Source: Moniliella sp. 'wahieum' (Eukaryota). From it: 49,445 nt of DNA. Under the pieces are notes generated by a model. That model had not been told where the DNA came from and did no database searches. It saw nothing but the letters and a program-made list of their open reading frames with translations. The DNA lies in contig RSEE01000028.1 of NCBI GenBank assembly GCA_003971905.1, positions 682,001-731,445 of the forward strand, in the 5' to 3' direction. A program made the translations under genes and the position numbers. Shown here one piece after another: positions 10,073-21,540 of the stretch; position 1 is the stretch's first letter; every line of letters starts with the position of its first letter.

Positions 10073-12934
10073 ATGGCCACCACGCGCATCCGCGTACGCA
10101 CCCCGCAGCGCCGCCGCCCGCCCGCCGCCTGCCGTCCCCACCTCCGCCTCCGCCTCCGCCTCTGCCTGCCTCCCCCGCCGCCTCCGCCCCGCGCCCGCCG
10201 CCCGCGCGTCTCACCGTCCTTCTCCCTCCCCCCGCCCCGCCCCCCGCCACCCCCACCCGCCGCACCGGCGCACGCGCCGCCCGCGCCGCCTCCACCTCCA
10301 CCTCCGCCGCGTCATGCCACGGGTGCCGCCCACGCCCGCACCGCCACCACCGACCTGGCGCTGGCGCTCCTCGTGCGTCTTCGCGCCCTGCTTTGGCGCC
10401 CCGAGGGCAATGTCCAGCCGGCGCGGCACCCTGCCGAACTGGTGGAGAACGTGCCCGACAAGAACGATGTGGTCTACTGGTCCTCGATTGCTCGTCCTAT
10501 TGATCTCACCACGATTGAAGATAAGGCCCGCAAGGGCCAGTACGCCACCCCGTCCGAGTTTGAAGCGGACATGATGTTGCTCTTTTGTAATGCGCGTCGT
10601 GTCTTGATCCAGGGCACGCCGCAGTTCGCCTTGGCCTGTGTGCTGCAACGATTTTACCAGCAACTGACCAATTGGCCTTCGGACGCTTCCCCCGCCGAGG
10701 TGAGTGCGCACATGGATTCGGTCTACCAGGTCGTCACCGATAACCCGCACCACATTGATTCCAGTGTCCCGCTCGGTCCTGGTGTGGCGACGCCCGTGCC
10801 TGAAGCCTTGGTGTCGGAACAGGTTCGGAAATCTTACCGTCCACAATCCATCCTTCTGTACTGGCATGTCGCGTAGCCAGCAAGAACAAGCTCGCCTTCG
10901 CTAGTGTTCCCTACAAGGGCCGCGACTACCGCCCGGGCGATTGGGTTCATCTTATCAACCCATCCGACCCTTCCAAACCGATTGTGGGCCAGATCTTCCG
11001 TGTGTTTCAGAAAACCTCTACTACTGCTACTGGCAGTGGCAGTGGCAGTGGCAGTGGCAGCACTCCTCCGCCCCGCCCCCCGACCCTCTTCTCCCCCGCC
11101 GTCGACCTCCTCCGACCCCTGGTACGTATCCGTGTGCTGGTACTACCGTCCTGAGGATACGGTGCACCCTCCTTCGCGGCGCTTTCTGGTTGGGGAAGTG
11201 TTCAAGACAGGTCTTGTGGTGGACCATGCGATCCAGGACATTCTAGAGCCCACATGCGTGATGTACGCTACGCGGTACGTACGCGGTCGTCCGGCCGGGT
11301 GGAGCGAGACTGGCTTAGCAGGTCGAGGTGGTGGTGAACCCTATGTGGTGCAGTTCCGGTACAACGAACAGCAGCGCGTATTTACCAAGATCAAGAACTG
11401 GTCCAGCTGTCTGCCCGAGGACGTAAGGCGGACTTGTTCCGAGGCTGCAGTGGTGCCATTTGAAGATAAGGCCGTGCGCACGTTAGACCGGCAAGTCCCT
11501 TCTCCGTTGCTGAGTGGCGTCCGGGGACCCGGCCTGCTGTGCAAGGAAGAAGATGTCAAGCGGCCTACGGGCATCGCGGCCGGTTCTAACGCCGAAGACC
11601 TGTTCCCTGTGCCTGTTGCGCCAGGGGCCGGACCCGAGCTGGGACCCAACAAGAAACGTAAACGGCCCAGTGCAAGTACAAGTACAAGTGTTGCGCGTAA
11701 GGTACGCGCGCGCGCGGGGTCGGCGGTCCAGGACGCTCTGCCGCCAGGGACGTTGGATCCGCGCGACGCGCACCGTGCGGCGTACAATGACCTGACGCAC
11801 CACTTGGCCGCGGCGTATGGCGAGGCGGCAATCGGGTATGCGCACCAGAGTTTGCAGCCTAACTCTGGTTTGCCTGGTTTGCCTGGTTTGCCTGGTTTGC
11901 CTGGTTTGTCGGGTGTGTCGGGGATGTCGGGGGTGTCTGGGACCGAGGTGGACCCACTGCGTCTCGCTTCCTCCCTCGCCCCGGCGCTCACTCTCCCCCC
12001 GCACGTGATCAAGTCTACCGCTGACATGTTGGCGGCGATGCGCGATGCGTCGGTGCACGCTACGGGTCTTGCGCCTCCGGTTCCGGGGGGGCTTTGCTCA
12101 GTGTTGGTGCGGCCGGGATGGGGACGAGGACAGACAAGGATAAGGATAAGGATAAAGTCGTGGACGCGGACAAGGGCAAGGGGGACGAAGATGAGGTACA
12201 GGCGCAGATTCGAAGGACACTCGAGTTGGTTCCATCTACGACACAAGCTACGTTTGGTGGTAAGGTACCCGTGCCTTCTCCACCAGCTTCACCTGCTTCG
12301 TCCCCCTCGGAACCTCCTACCACACCTCCGCCACAAGAACCGCGTGCGCCATTGACTTGGCTACCTGCGCCCTTGCCCCTCTCTTTACCCTTACCCTTAT
12401 CCTCATCCTTACCCTTACCTTCATCTGTACCCTCATCGTTAGCGTTGCCCTCGTCTGTACCTTTACCCCCGTCCACCACGCCATTCAAGACGTACGCGCA
12501 ACGCTCGGCCATGGCCCTGTGGGGCTACACCCTGCTCCGCCCGAATCCTTCCACACCCTGCCTTACCTCGCACATACCGCCCACCGTCTCGACTTGGCGT
12601 CTACTGACGAGCGCGCCGGCAAGGCGCGACTACCCTCCCTCCCTCCGTGCCCACTGCGCCCACCGCGCCCGATGCGCCTGTTGCGCAGGAGGGTGCGGAT
12701 GCTGCAGCTCAAGCACAAGAACGGGAACAAGAACAAGAACAAGAAGCGGTGGATGCACTGGAAGCGCAACTGACGGAACTCAATGCGCTCAGTGGGTCGC
12801 CGTTGGACGGTGCGCTACCCTTGCCCCTTGGTCTGGGGATGGGGATGGAGTTGGAGCTGGACGCGGCGCTGGGCAGACCCGATGCGCTCGAGGGGTTGGT
12901 GCCGATGCTCAGTGTGGGTGTTGAGACGGATTGA
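10073..12934 (+). CDS. RSC2: RSC1/RSC2-like (polybromo-type) chromatin remodelling subunit: bromodomain + BAH domain + C-terminal motif
   Basis: Bromodomain YWSSIARPIDLTTIEDKARKGQYATPSEFEADMMLLFCNARR; BAH YKGRDYRPGDWVHLINPSDPSKPIVGQIFRVF..VSVCWYYRPEDTVHPPSRRFLVGEVFKTG; C-terminal LTWLPAP and FHTLPYL. Several frameshifts; RSC1 vs RSC2 orthology is not resolvable. Confidence 0.82.
11865..11909 (+). repeat. 9-bp coding tandem repeat (CTGGTTTGC, ~5 copies) encoding (GLP)n
   Basis: Directly visible: ctggtttgcctggtttgcctggtttgcctggtttgcctggtttgt. Confidence 0.9.
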
Positions 12935-13569
12935 CTGGTCAGATGGGAGGTGGGAGGCGTGAGGAGTGAGGGGTGAGGTGATGGTGAATATTGAATGTGC
13001 AAACCAGACCGGGGCTCAGGCTTAGGCCTGACGATCTCGATGACCTCGATGGTCCTCCTCCTCGACACGGTGGACGTAAGATTTAAGATACCCTGTTAAT
13101 GGGTGACTGGTCAAGCTAGGCATCCTGGCCCATGTCCCAGATTCCATGTCCCATGTGCCATTTTCTTCCTCCGCTCGGCGCCCCGGCTGTACCAGCTGTA
13201 CGCCGACCCTGCCGTGCCCGCTCTGAACGTGAAAAAATATATATACCAGGGCGAACCCATCTCCCCTGCTGCGTCGCATTCGTTGTGTTTCGTCTTGTTT
13301 CCCATTGTTTGGACCGTGTTGCGGGAGGCGTGATTTGGCCAGCGTCAGTAGTAAACGAGACGCGGTGGTGGTGGGTGCAGCACCGATCCATCCCGTCGGT
13401 CGAGACACTCACGCATCGGCCATGGCTGACGGCTGCCGTCGCGCGGGGCCACGTGGCGGTTCGGTGCAAGCTGCTGGGACAAGCGTGCGGCGGCGGCGGC
13501 TGGGTTGGTTGGTCAGCGCTTCGAAGCCATCCTCCGCGCCCCCCCCACCGCCTTCTGCGCATCGCCACC

Positions 13570-16500
13570 ATGCCCAGCTGGGGTCTTGGGCGCGGGCAGC
13601 CGTCGCAGTATGCCGTGCTCACCCCCGACAAACCGTCTTCCCGGCGCCACCTCCGCCTCCCCCCCTCCCCCGCCGCGCCGCCACCCACCGCGCCCCTGGT
13701 CCGCCCTCCTCGCCCACCGCGCGCCTCCTCCGCTCGTCACGGCCCCCGAGCAGACTCCTCCATCTGCCTCGCCATCTGCCTCGGCCTCTGCCTCGGCCTC
13801 TGCCTCGGCGCCTGGGTCCACGTCGCTGCCTACGCCTACCACCGCTGGTCCTGGTGGGCCTAGCGTGGGGGACCTGTACCCCGTCGGACGTCTGTCGTCC
13901 GGGGTGGCGACGCACGTGCTGTGCTGGGTACCTGTTCCGCACTTGGTGCAATGTGCGTTGGCCAGTCGGAACTTACTGCGAGCAGTGGCCGACGAGCGTG
14001 TGTGGGCGTTCAAGTGGGCTGCAGCGCAATGGGATCCGATTTCCTCTGCTTCACTCACTGATCCGCCCGAGGTGAAGCGGTGGGAAGAAGAGTTAGCTCT
14101 GCGTGCGCAGCACGACCATCGACCACCTCGTACCACCACCACCCTATCCGTACCGACCAGTGGACTTTCCCCCGCCCGTCCCTGGTGGAGGAAGAAGAGT
14201 TTGGACAGTTCACCTCGGCCGAACCGGAGTGGGGCGAGTTTACCCCTGCGCCCACTACGGCTGCGGTGCCTGCGGTGCAAGCTGTGGCTCCGACGCCTGG
14301 AACGGCCCTGGCCGGGCGCGGAGGGAGCTTGGCCCATGGTCTGGCTAGTGTCACCCTCGCTTCCAAAGCGCAGTCTAGCCTGCACGCTCCGGACCAAGTG
14401 TTTTCCCATTCCTCATCTACGTCCGCCGCGCCCGAGGGCAGTACGGTGTTTAGCTTTTCGGCGGAAACGGCTGCGGCGACGAGCAAGCCGGTCCCTCGAC
14501 TGCGGCATACCTTGGCAGCTGCTGCGCTGCTCGCTCGGCGCACGCAGGTACTTCCTATCGTCCGTGCATTGAAGGTCGAGGGGGGAACGAGTAACTTGGC
14601 GCAAGAAGAGGAGGAAGGGGATGGCGATGCATCCTTGCCTGGTGCGTTGGCGCATCCCTCCCTCGCCGGACTGGACGTATCGACGCAAGCTGTCTTGTTG
14701 GGCAACGTGGCGCGTCTGTTGGCTTATCCCGTCTTACTCTTTTCTGAAAAGGAGGCTCATGCAGTATGGCCCAACTTAGTCCGCACAGGGCGGCACTTGG
14801 CGCAGCACGCGCTGCTCCCATCGTTTGTCGCTGCCGATGCAAGGCGGTCCGATGCGGTGCGCGCCGGTGAGGTGGCGCGTAATGCGCAAGTGACCCGTCG
14901 GGCCGTGGTGCGGGCAGAGGAAGATATGCGCGCGACGGCACATGCGCTGTGGTCACTTGGCTCGGCGTTGGAGCAAGGGGATCCAGTTGCAGTCAGTGCG
15001 CGCAACGGGTTTGCTGATCCGAGTTTGGTGCCCGTGTCAGAATCGACGTTTGTGCTCGAGTCGAGCGAGGAGGAGGAGGAGGAAGTGAGTTCGATGGCGA
15101 TTGCGCCTGCCGCGCACTTTCTCGAGACGAGGCGTTGTTTGGGACGCAGATCCAATCACCTCTTCGGTCCCACGATCCATTGGCCAACGTACTTCCTGGT
15201 GCGGATGCGGCGGTGCTGGAGCGCAAGGCCGAGGTCAAATTGGACTTTGGTCCGATGGATGCGTTTATGGCTTCTGTATCGAAACACGTCGAGTCGGACG
15301 GCGGACTGGCTGCACGCGTGTTTCCCTTATCCCTGGACGTGGTGCTAGCGCTGGCAGACAAGGCGGCGGAAGATGTGGTGATGGTGTACATCAAGCCCCT
15401 CTTGGCGCGCGCGAGCGAACTGGACGATACTTGGTCCACACGTCACCCCGTACCGCCCGACGCGGCTGGCGCCCCGTCCACGTGGCTCGGACAGTCTGGT
15501 CCCACCAGGCGTGTACCCCCGCGCCGTTGCGGCAGCCTATACCCAATCGCTCCAACTGGCCGTGGCGGCACGAGCGGTCCAAGGGCCAGGGAAAGAAACG
15601 CGTACGTTGCAGCGGGCGAGGAGGTGGTGCATCGGATGTGGACACCATTCGTGGTAGGGTACTTGGAGCAAGAACGGGCATGGGCCGAAGCTGCGATGCG
15701 AGCTGCATGTGCAGTGTGGATGCACAAGTTAGAACGTCGGTTGGAGCAGCAGAACCCGCACTCGCACTCGGACTCGCACTCTCAAGACGATGTAGCTCCG
15801 CACGATGCAGCGCATGCCAAACGCTCCGCGTTGGCCGCTGCGAAAAACGCGTTGCTCAAGCCGGTTATTCTTGTGCCCCGGGCCGCCGCGTCGGCCTGGT
15901 CGGGGTTCAAGTGGACTTCGTCTTCCGACCCGTCTCGTGCGGTGGGGGACACGTCTCATCCCGCTCCCGACCAAGAAGACCAAGATGAGAAGAAGAAAAA
16001 CGAGGAAGAAGAAGCAGAAGAAGAGGAAGAAGAAAGGCGCAACAACGTGCTCGTGACGAGGCTGCTCGGGAAATTATGCCGGAGGAAGCAGTGTGGGGGA
16101 CCGGATCGAGCGAGCCCGAGGACCCCAAGGACTCCAACGACACCAAGGACACCACGGTGGGTGCGGCTCCCGGGTCGAGTGTGGAGGCAGGGGACAAACG
16201 GGGCGAGGCACGCATGTCCATGGCGTCACTGTTGGACTTGGATACGGTGGTGAGTGTGATCCAGGCGCATCGGCAATCTCTGCGGCGCATGGAAGCGTTT
16301 ACGTACTTTGAAGGGGAGGTAGGGGAGCAAGCGCGTCAAGAACGGGAGATGTTGGCATTACAATTTTTCACTCTGTTGGACAAGGAGCATGTGCAACCTG
16401 CGTTCCAACGAGCCCAGGAACAAGTGGAGCAGTGGACGCCCTCCCTCTCTGTTGAGGCTACGACGGCGTCCGAGTCGACCATGCTCCACACGGCCCAAGC

Positions 16501-17362
16501 AGCCGATTACGTTGCGCCGGTGGTACAGTTTACCGCGCTGACGCATGTTGCCGACGCGTTGTTACAGTTGGTGCAAGTGTACGTCGATACGGAACTGCTT
16601 CGTGCTGTGGGCCTGCGGCGCGCGCACAGGATGGGGCGGGGGGCAAGAAGGCGTCGAACCGTTCCAGGGGCGGAGGCGGAGGCGGAGGCGGGACTGTGGC
16701 CGTGGACTTTTTGCACCCTGTCGTGCGTGAACAAGCGCGGTTCCAACGAGCGGTGGATGCACGTGTGGCGCTCGGGCTGAATTTGGGGGTGGACGTGTTG
16801 ATGCGGCAAGCAGAGTACTTGTTATCGACGTTACAGCAAGCTTCGGACTTTGATCCTCCTGTGGAGGAGGCAAGCCACCAGATCTAGCCGCTTCAACCCA
16901 TGCGTGTGAGGTGGTAACGGCGTGTTTTGGGGGTGCACTGTCGTGTGCGTGACGTGGTGGAGCGGGAGACAAGGGACGGTGTTTTTCCGTGAAATCGGCA
17001 CAAGGCTACACAGTTTGTTAGTACGCCACTTGAAGCGTCAAGTCATCTCGACCCGCGGCGGGTGGCAAGTGATTGCCGATGTGAATGCATACCATGCATT
17101 GGTGATGCAGCACCTTCGTCTGCCCGATGTGGGCAAGTTATTTGATGGGCTCAAGATGTTGGCACACCTGTTTGTCGTGGAAGGCGCGCGGGAACTCAGT
17201 GCGCTGGTCAAAGATGGTCGTCTGGCTGCTGATGGCGCTGCAGGCCCACCGGAAGAAGTGGCTGAACTGCTAAGAGCTCGCAAGGATTATCGATTGATCG
17301 CCCCGGCCATCGATAAGGAGTTGTATGGGTTCAAGGTTCAGGAAGATTGTCTGATCCAATAG
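13570..17362 (+). CDS. RCY1: Recyclin-1 (F-box + Sec10-like domain, C-terminal CAAX)
   Basis: gccaccATG at 13570; F-box GRLSSGVATHVLCWVPVPHLVQCALASRNLLRAVADERVW; LDFGPMDAFM; MASLLDLDTVVSVI; FFREIGTRLHSLLVRHLKRQVISTRGGWQVIADVNAYH; ends DCLIQ* (CAAX box, as in yeast Rcy1). Multiple frameshifts. Confidence 0.88.
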
Positions 17363-17367
17363 CTGGG

Positions 17368-17460
17368 CTCCTCCTCTGCTCTCCCCTCCTCTGCTCTCTC
17401 TGCTCTGCTTTGCTCTGCTCTCCTCTCTCTGCTCTGCTCTCCTCTCCTCTCAATCCTCTC
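17368..17460 (+). repeat. CT-rich low-complexity tract (CTCTG/CTCT units) directly after the RCY1 stop codon
   Basis: Directly visible; a similar CT tract follows ICE2 at ~33165-33255. Confidence 0.8.
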
Positions 17461-18926
17461 GTCTTGCCGTGATTCATGATGCACGTCGACCGCACCGGCT
17501 CACTGCGCTTGGCTACAGAATACCCACCATAATTCATGTTGCCACATATCCGCCATCTGTACTTGTCTGTCCGGGGACCTGCTGGGAGTTAGAACGTGGG
17601 GCCGGGTACGTGCGCTCCATTGTATGCATTTTGTTTGGCTACGCGCCAGATTCGCCCCTGGGGCTATTGTACCGAAGTATAGAGGTAGAGGTAAGAGGTA
17701 GAGGTACAGGTAGAGGATGCGTTGGAGGTAGAGGTAGAAAGTTTGTCCCTGCCTCCCCCCGATCGGCAGGATCGTCACTGTTTCCTTCCTCGTGAGCTCT
17801 GAGCTCTGAGCGTCTGAGATGAGATGGACGGATGGGGACACGAGGGGCAAGGATGAATGACTGATGATGAATGAGGATGTCCGACTTGTGCATGTGCCCC
17901 ACTGCCATCCGGCCGCCGAAGCTCAAAAAGGCATCTGAATCTGACCCTCAAGGCTTGAAGGGGAGCTTGTTGGTTCCGGCTGGTACTATAGGAAGGAGGA
18001 GGATGATGGAGGGATGGGCTGTTAATTACTGACCCTGTGGCAAAGAACGTCGTCAAAGTAGATACATACCCGCGAGCAACTACGTTCAACGTTCACCATG
18101 CATCATGGCAACCCGCGCTGCCATCTGCCTCCCCCTGGCGGACTGAGGCAGTGCGTCGTTCTCGCACCGCCTCGGGCCAATCCGCCAGGGGCGGGACAGG
18201 GGGTGGGTGAGGTGGTGTCCAGGTGGTGGGGATGGGGATGGGGGTGGGGAGGGACCTCGGGATGGGAGTGGATGCAGATGGGCAGACCAACATGCGAGTA
18301 GAGGGCTAGACGGCAGTCACGTGGGGGGACATGGTGCATGGATGCGGGTCTACAGTGTGCTTGTACTCACCGTGACGCGTGACGCGTGAGTACTGGGTGC
18401 ATGCGTGTGCTGCACTGCCCCCGCACTGCTCTGCTCTGCTGCGTGCTGCGAGCGTCCGAGTGCAGACGCCTGCGCAGCACGGCGGCAGTGTAGGCGAGTG
18501 CCCAGGGCAGTGCTGCCAGTGCCAGCGCAAGCTGTGCAGGCCAGGCGTACGTAAGGCGCACCGGCGACGCGCGACGCTCGTCGGCAGGCGGCGGCTTCAG
18601 GATGCGTCTCAGGACCCATCCGCGCTATCAGCATTGCACGCAGCACACAGCACCAGCACCCGGATGCGGTACCCTACGCAGGACCAACACCCGCACCAGC
18701 TCGCACTCCTCTCGTCACAGTCAGGCGCTGCCCCCCACTGCCCTCCTGCTGCCCTGTCTCCCCACGCATGCAGCAGCAACGCAGCATCCCTGCCTCGTCT
18801 GCTCCCCCCTCCCCTCCTCCCATCCATCGTCGCGTTAATCCGCCCCCCATCCCATCCCCTTCTCTCCTCTTCTCGTCCATCCCCTCCCCTCCCCCCACCC
18901 CCACCTCACGTCTCCACTCCCGCACC

Positions 18927-19317
18927 ATGGGCGACCTCTGCGAAAGCATCTGGATGCAATACTGCATCTACTGTACGTCGGCCTCGCCCCGCTCTTCTAC
19001 CACCTGACCCTCACCTGACCCTTCCCCCCCCCCCCCCCCCCTTTCCCGACAGCCAAGTCGGGACGGACTGGTGCACGTGCCTGGACTGCCGGTGCAACTG
19101 TTGCTGGGACAAGGGCGAGTTGCCACCAGAAGAAGAAGATCAGCCTGGGGCAGCGGCAGCAGCGGCAGATGCTTCCCACCCGCTTCCGCCCTCGGACTAC
19201 ACCACACACACCAACCTGCCTGCCGCCGCCGCTCCTGCTCTTCCCCTCGGTACTGACGACAGTCCAAGCGCCATCCCCCGCCTGAAAAGTTCGAGTACGC
19301 ACCAGCACAGGAGATGA
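18927..19317 (+). CDS. Small Cys-rich hypothetical protein (~103 aa, 2 exons)
   Basis: caccATGG at 18927; exon 1 MGDLCESIWMQYCIY; intron 18973-19052 (GTACGT..CTGAC..poly-C..ACAG); exon 2 QVGTDWCTCLDCRCNCCWDKGELPPEEED...HQHRR*. Needs one extra G at the acceptor to stay in frame. No family recognised. Confidence 0.6.
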
Positions 19318-20161
19318 AGGTGCCTTCGCCTCCCAGTTGAACGTCGATTCCCGCTTCGTGTCCATCCCACTGGTTGCGCATCCCAGCCAGACTCCTTCCT
19401 TTCCGTCTCGGTCCCCTCATGGTGGTCGGATGGTGAGTAGGACGATGCCCATGACCATGATCATACAACCGTGGGCGTTACGCGCGACGCGCGCGAGACT
19501 AACAGGGGGCAAGCCGCAGGGCAGATGCATGAAATTTTAATCTTGTGTTCTTTTGTTTGGCTGGTGCTTTTGGTTTTGGTGGGTCGGGTTTTGTTTGGCC
19601 TGGGCGCGCATGGAAGCTTGAAGCTTGACGACGCGTCGGGTCCATGGCATGGTGCGTGCGTGGTGCAGCTAACTGGGAATGGAGGTGGTAAAGTCATAAC
19701 ATTCTCTACCTCGCACCCACAAGAGCTATGCCCCTATTCACCAGACGTAGCACACAGAAGCAGTTGGGTTTGGATGGGAGGAGGGAGGGAGGGAGGGGTT
19801 CGAGGGTAGTGAGGCCGTGGGCCGTGGGCCGTAGGCTGTAGCTCGGGGGGCGCACTAACACCCTACGCTGTACCTAGTCGACGAGCTTGCTGGTTCTTGC
19901 TAGTTCCGCCAGGCCGAACCAACCAACCTTACGGGTCCGGGTCGGGGGGGATTTACCCTCGACCCCCCCCCCCTCCCTCCAGACCGAATAACCCTCCTTA
20001 CTCCCGCTTGCTCCCGCCTTACGCCCAGCTGCTGGCTCCCAGCTCTGGGCCCCCGCCTTGCTCCTATTCAGCCAAATCAGTCCAAGTCCGCCACCAACAC
20101 CCACTCCAACGTATCGTCCACCTGGGGCTTGCTCATCCTCGCCTGGCCGCCCGCGTCCGTA

Positions 20162-20214
20162 CCCATTCCCATTCCCATTCCCATTCCCATTCCCATTCCC
20201 ATTCCCATTCCCAT
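20162..20214 (+). repeat. (CCCATT)n hexanucleotide microsatellite, ~9 copies
   Basis: Directly visible perfect array. Confidence 0.95.
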
Positions 20215-20323
20215 AAAGCTTGTCGCAACCTTGCCCCCCATTCTAGTCGCAATCTTGCACGCCACCCTACTTCGCGGCATTGTGAATAGCGGCCAGCCTC
20301 GTTCCATGTTAAAAAGGAAGGTT

Positions 20324-20394
20324 TGTCCATCAGGAATCGAACTTGTGGTTTCCCCAGCCGAAAGTAGACATAGACCACATTGCACCATAAAAAC
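20324..20394 (-). pseudogene. Degenerate tRNA-like / Pol III element
   Basis: Minus strand: A-box-like TGGTGCAATGTGG, loop-like CTTTCGG, B-box GTTCGATTCC, ~71 nt span, then TTTTT ~9 nt downstream. Stems pair poorly. Confidence 0.25.
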
Positions 20395-21540
20395 ACAACT
20401 ACTTTGAGGCGATCAATTGATCCAATATTCGCATGTCCGTTTTCACATGAAAAGTCGTCAAAAACATTTATGTAGACTGGTGGTGAAGAGTATACATTGG
20501 AAGTGCTGGGCACAACGTATCATAACATCATTCGTAGCTCATCTAGAACTGTCTACGCGTTCGTTGCTGTGATTGTACTGCCCGCACAAGAGATGGGATG
20601 GTCCGACTGTACACCGCTGGTACCAAAATGTCCATATCTCAGCCGTCTCTCATTCGTTCTGGCTCAAATTTGGCACGCTTCCCGGTAAGCATGCACTGCT
20701 GGGGAGAGGCATCAGATCCATCGTCTACCCCATAATGATCAGAGGCGGCGCGCGTAGAGGCGTGCTAGCATCAAATGAAGCACTGGTATGGTGGACGATG
20801 CTCAGCACGAGACGACCATGCATGGTGACGTGGGTTGTGGTGGTGGCGGAAGCGGTGGCGGCGGTGGTAGAGGCGGCGGGGGTGGCGGTGGTAGGCGTGC
20901 GCGTAGGGATCGCCCGCAATCCACGCCAGCCTCAACGCGGCCAATTCAAGCCGACCAGTAGATCTAGAACACGCCAAAGGATAGTGGCGCAGTTTACAAT
21001 ATATAAGCCGGAACGCCACATCTGTGTACGATACTTCGGATTGTCCAGGAGCAGTCTAACCGTTTAATCCTAATATCTGAGCTTCTCCTCTAGTCCTCTG
21101 CTCACATGCCTGTAGTATAGTCCGAGAGAATGACATGGGGTTAGGCCGGTTATGTCTTTTGTGGTGCACTAATATGAGAAGGTGGTTGACTTGCAAGGGC
21201 ACTGACAAAGGTTGGAGTCAGAGTTAGGTGGTGAGTGGTGAGTGATCCTGCGCCGTCTCATGTTGCTGTAGGTGTCAGGGTTTTGGTGGGTGTGGGGCGC
21301 ATCACTGACGTCCTGCTGTAGCTTTCACAGGAGTTCCTTCTCACAGATCTTCTTATCCGTGTGTACCTAATTCAGCACACAAGAACCAAAACACCGTGCA
21401 TGTCCATTTGTATAGACTCTCGGTATACCCATTGTGATGGCACACACCTCCCTATATACATACGGCTCAGGCCGCCTCTGCTGTATGGTTAAAGTTCACC
21501 CCCTTCTCCTTGCTCACCACCACCATCAGCCCCATCCACG

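Noticed and set aside
13378..13480. Faint 5S rRNA resemblance (GCACCG..CATCCCGTC)
   Set aside because: Only a few short matches; the 5' end and internal control region do not align.
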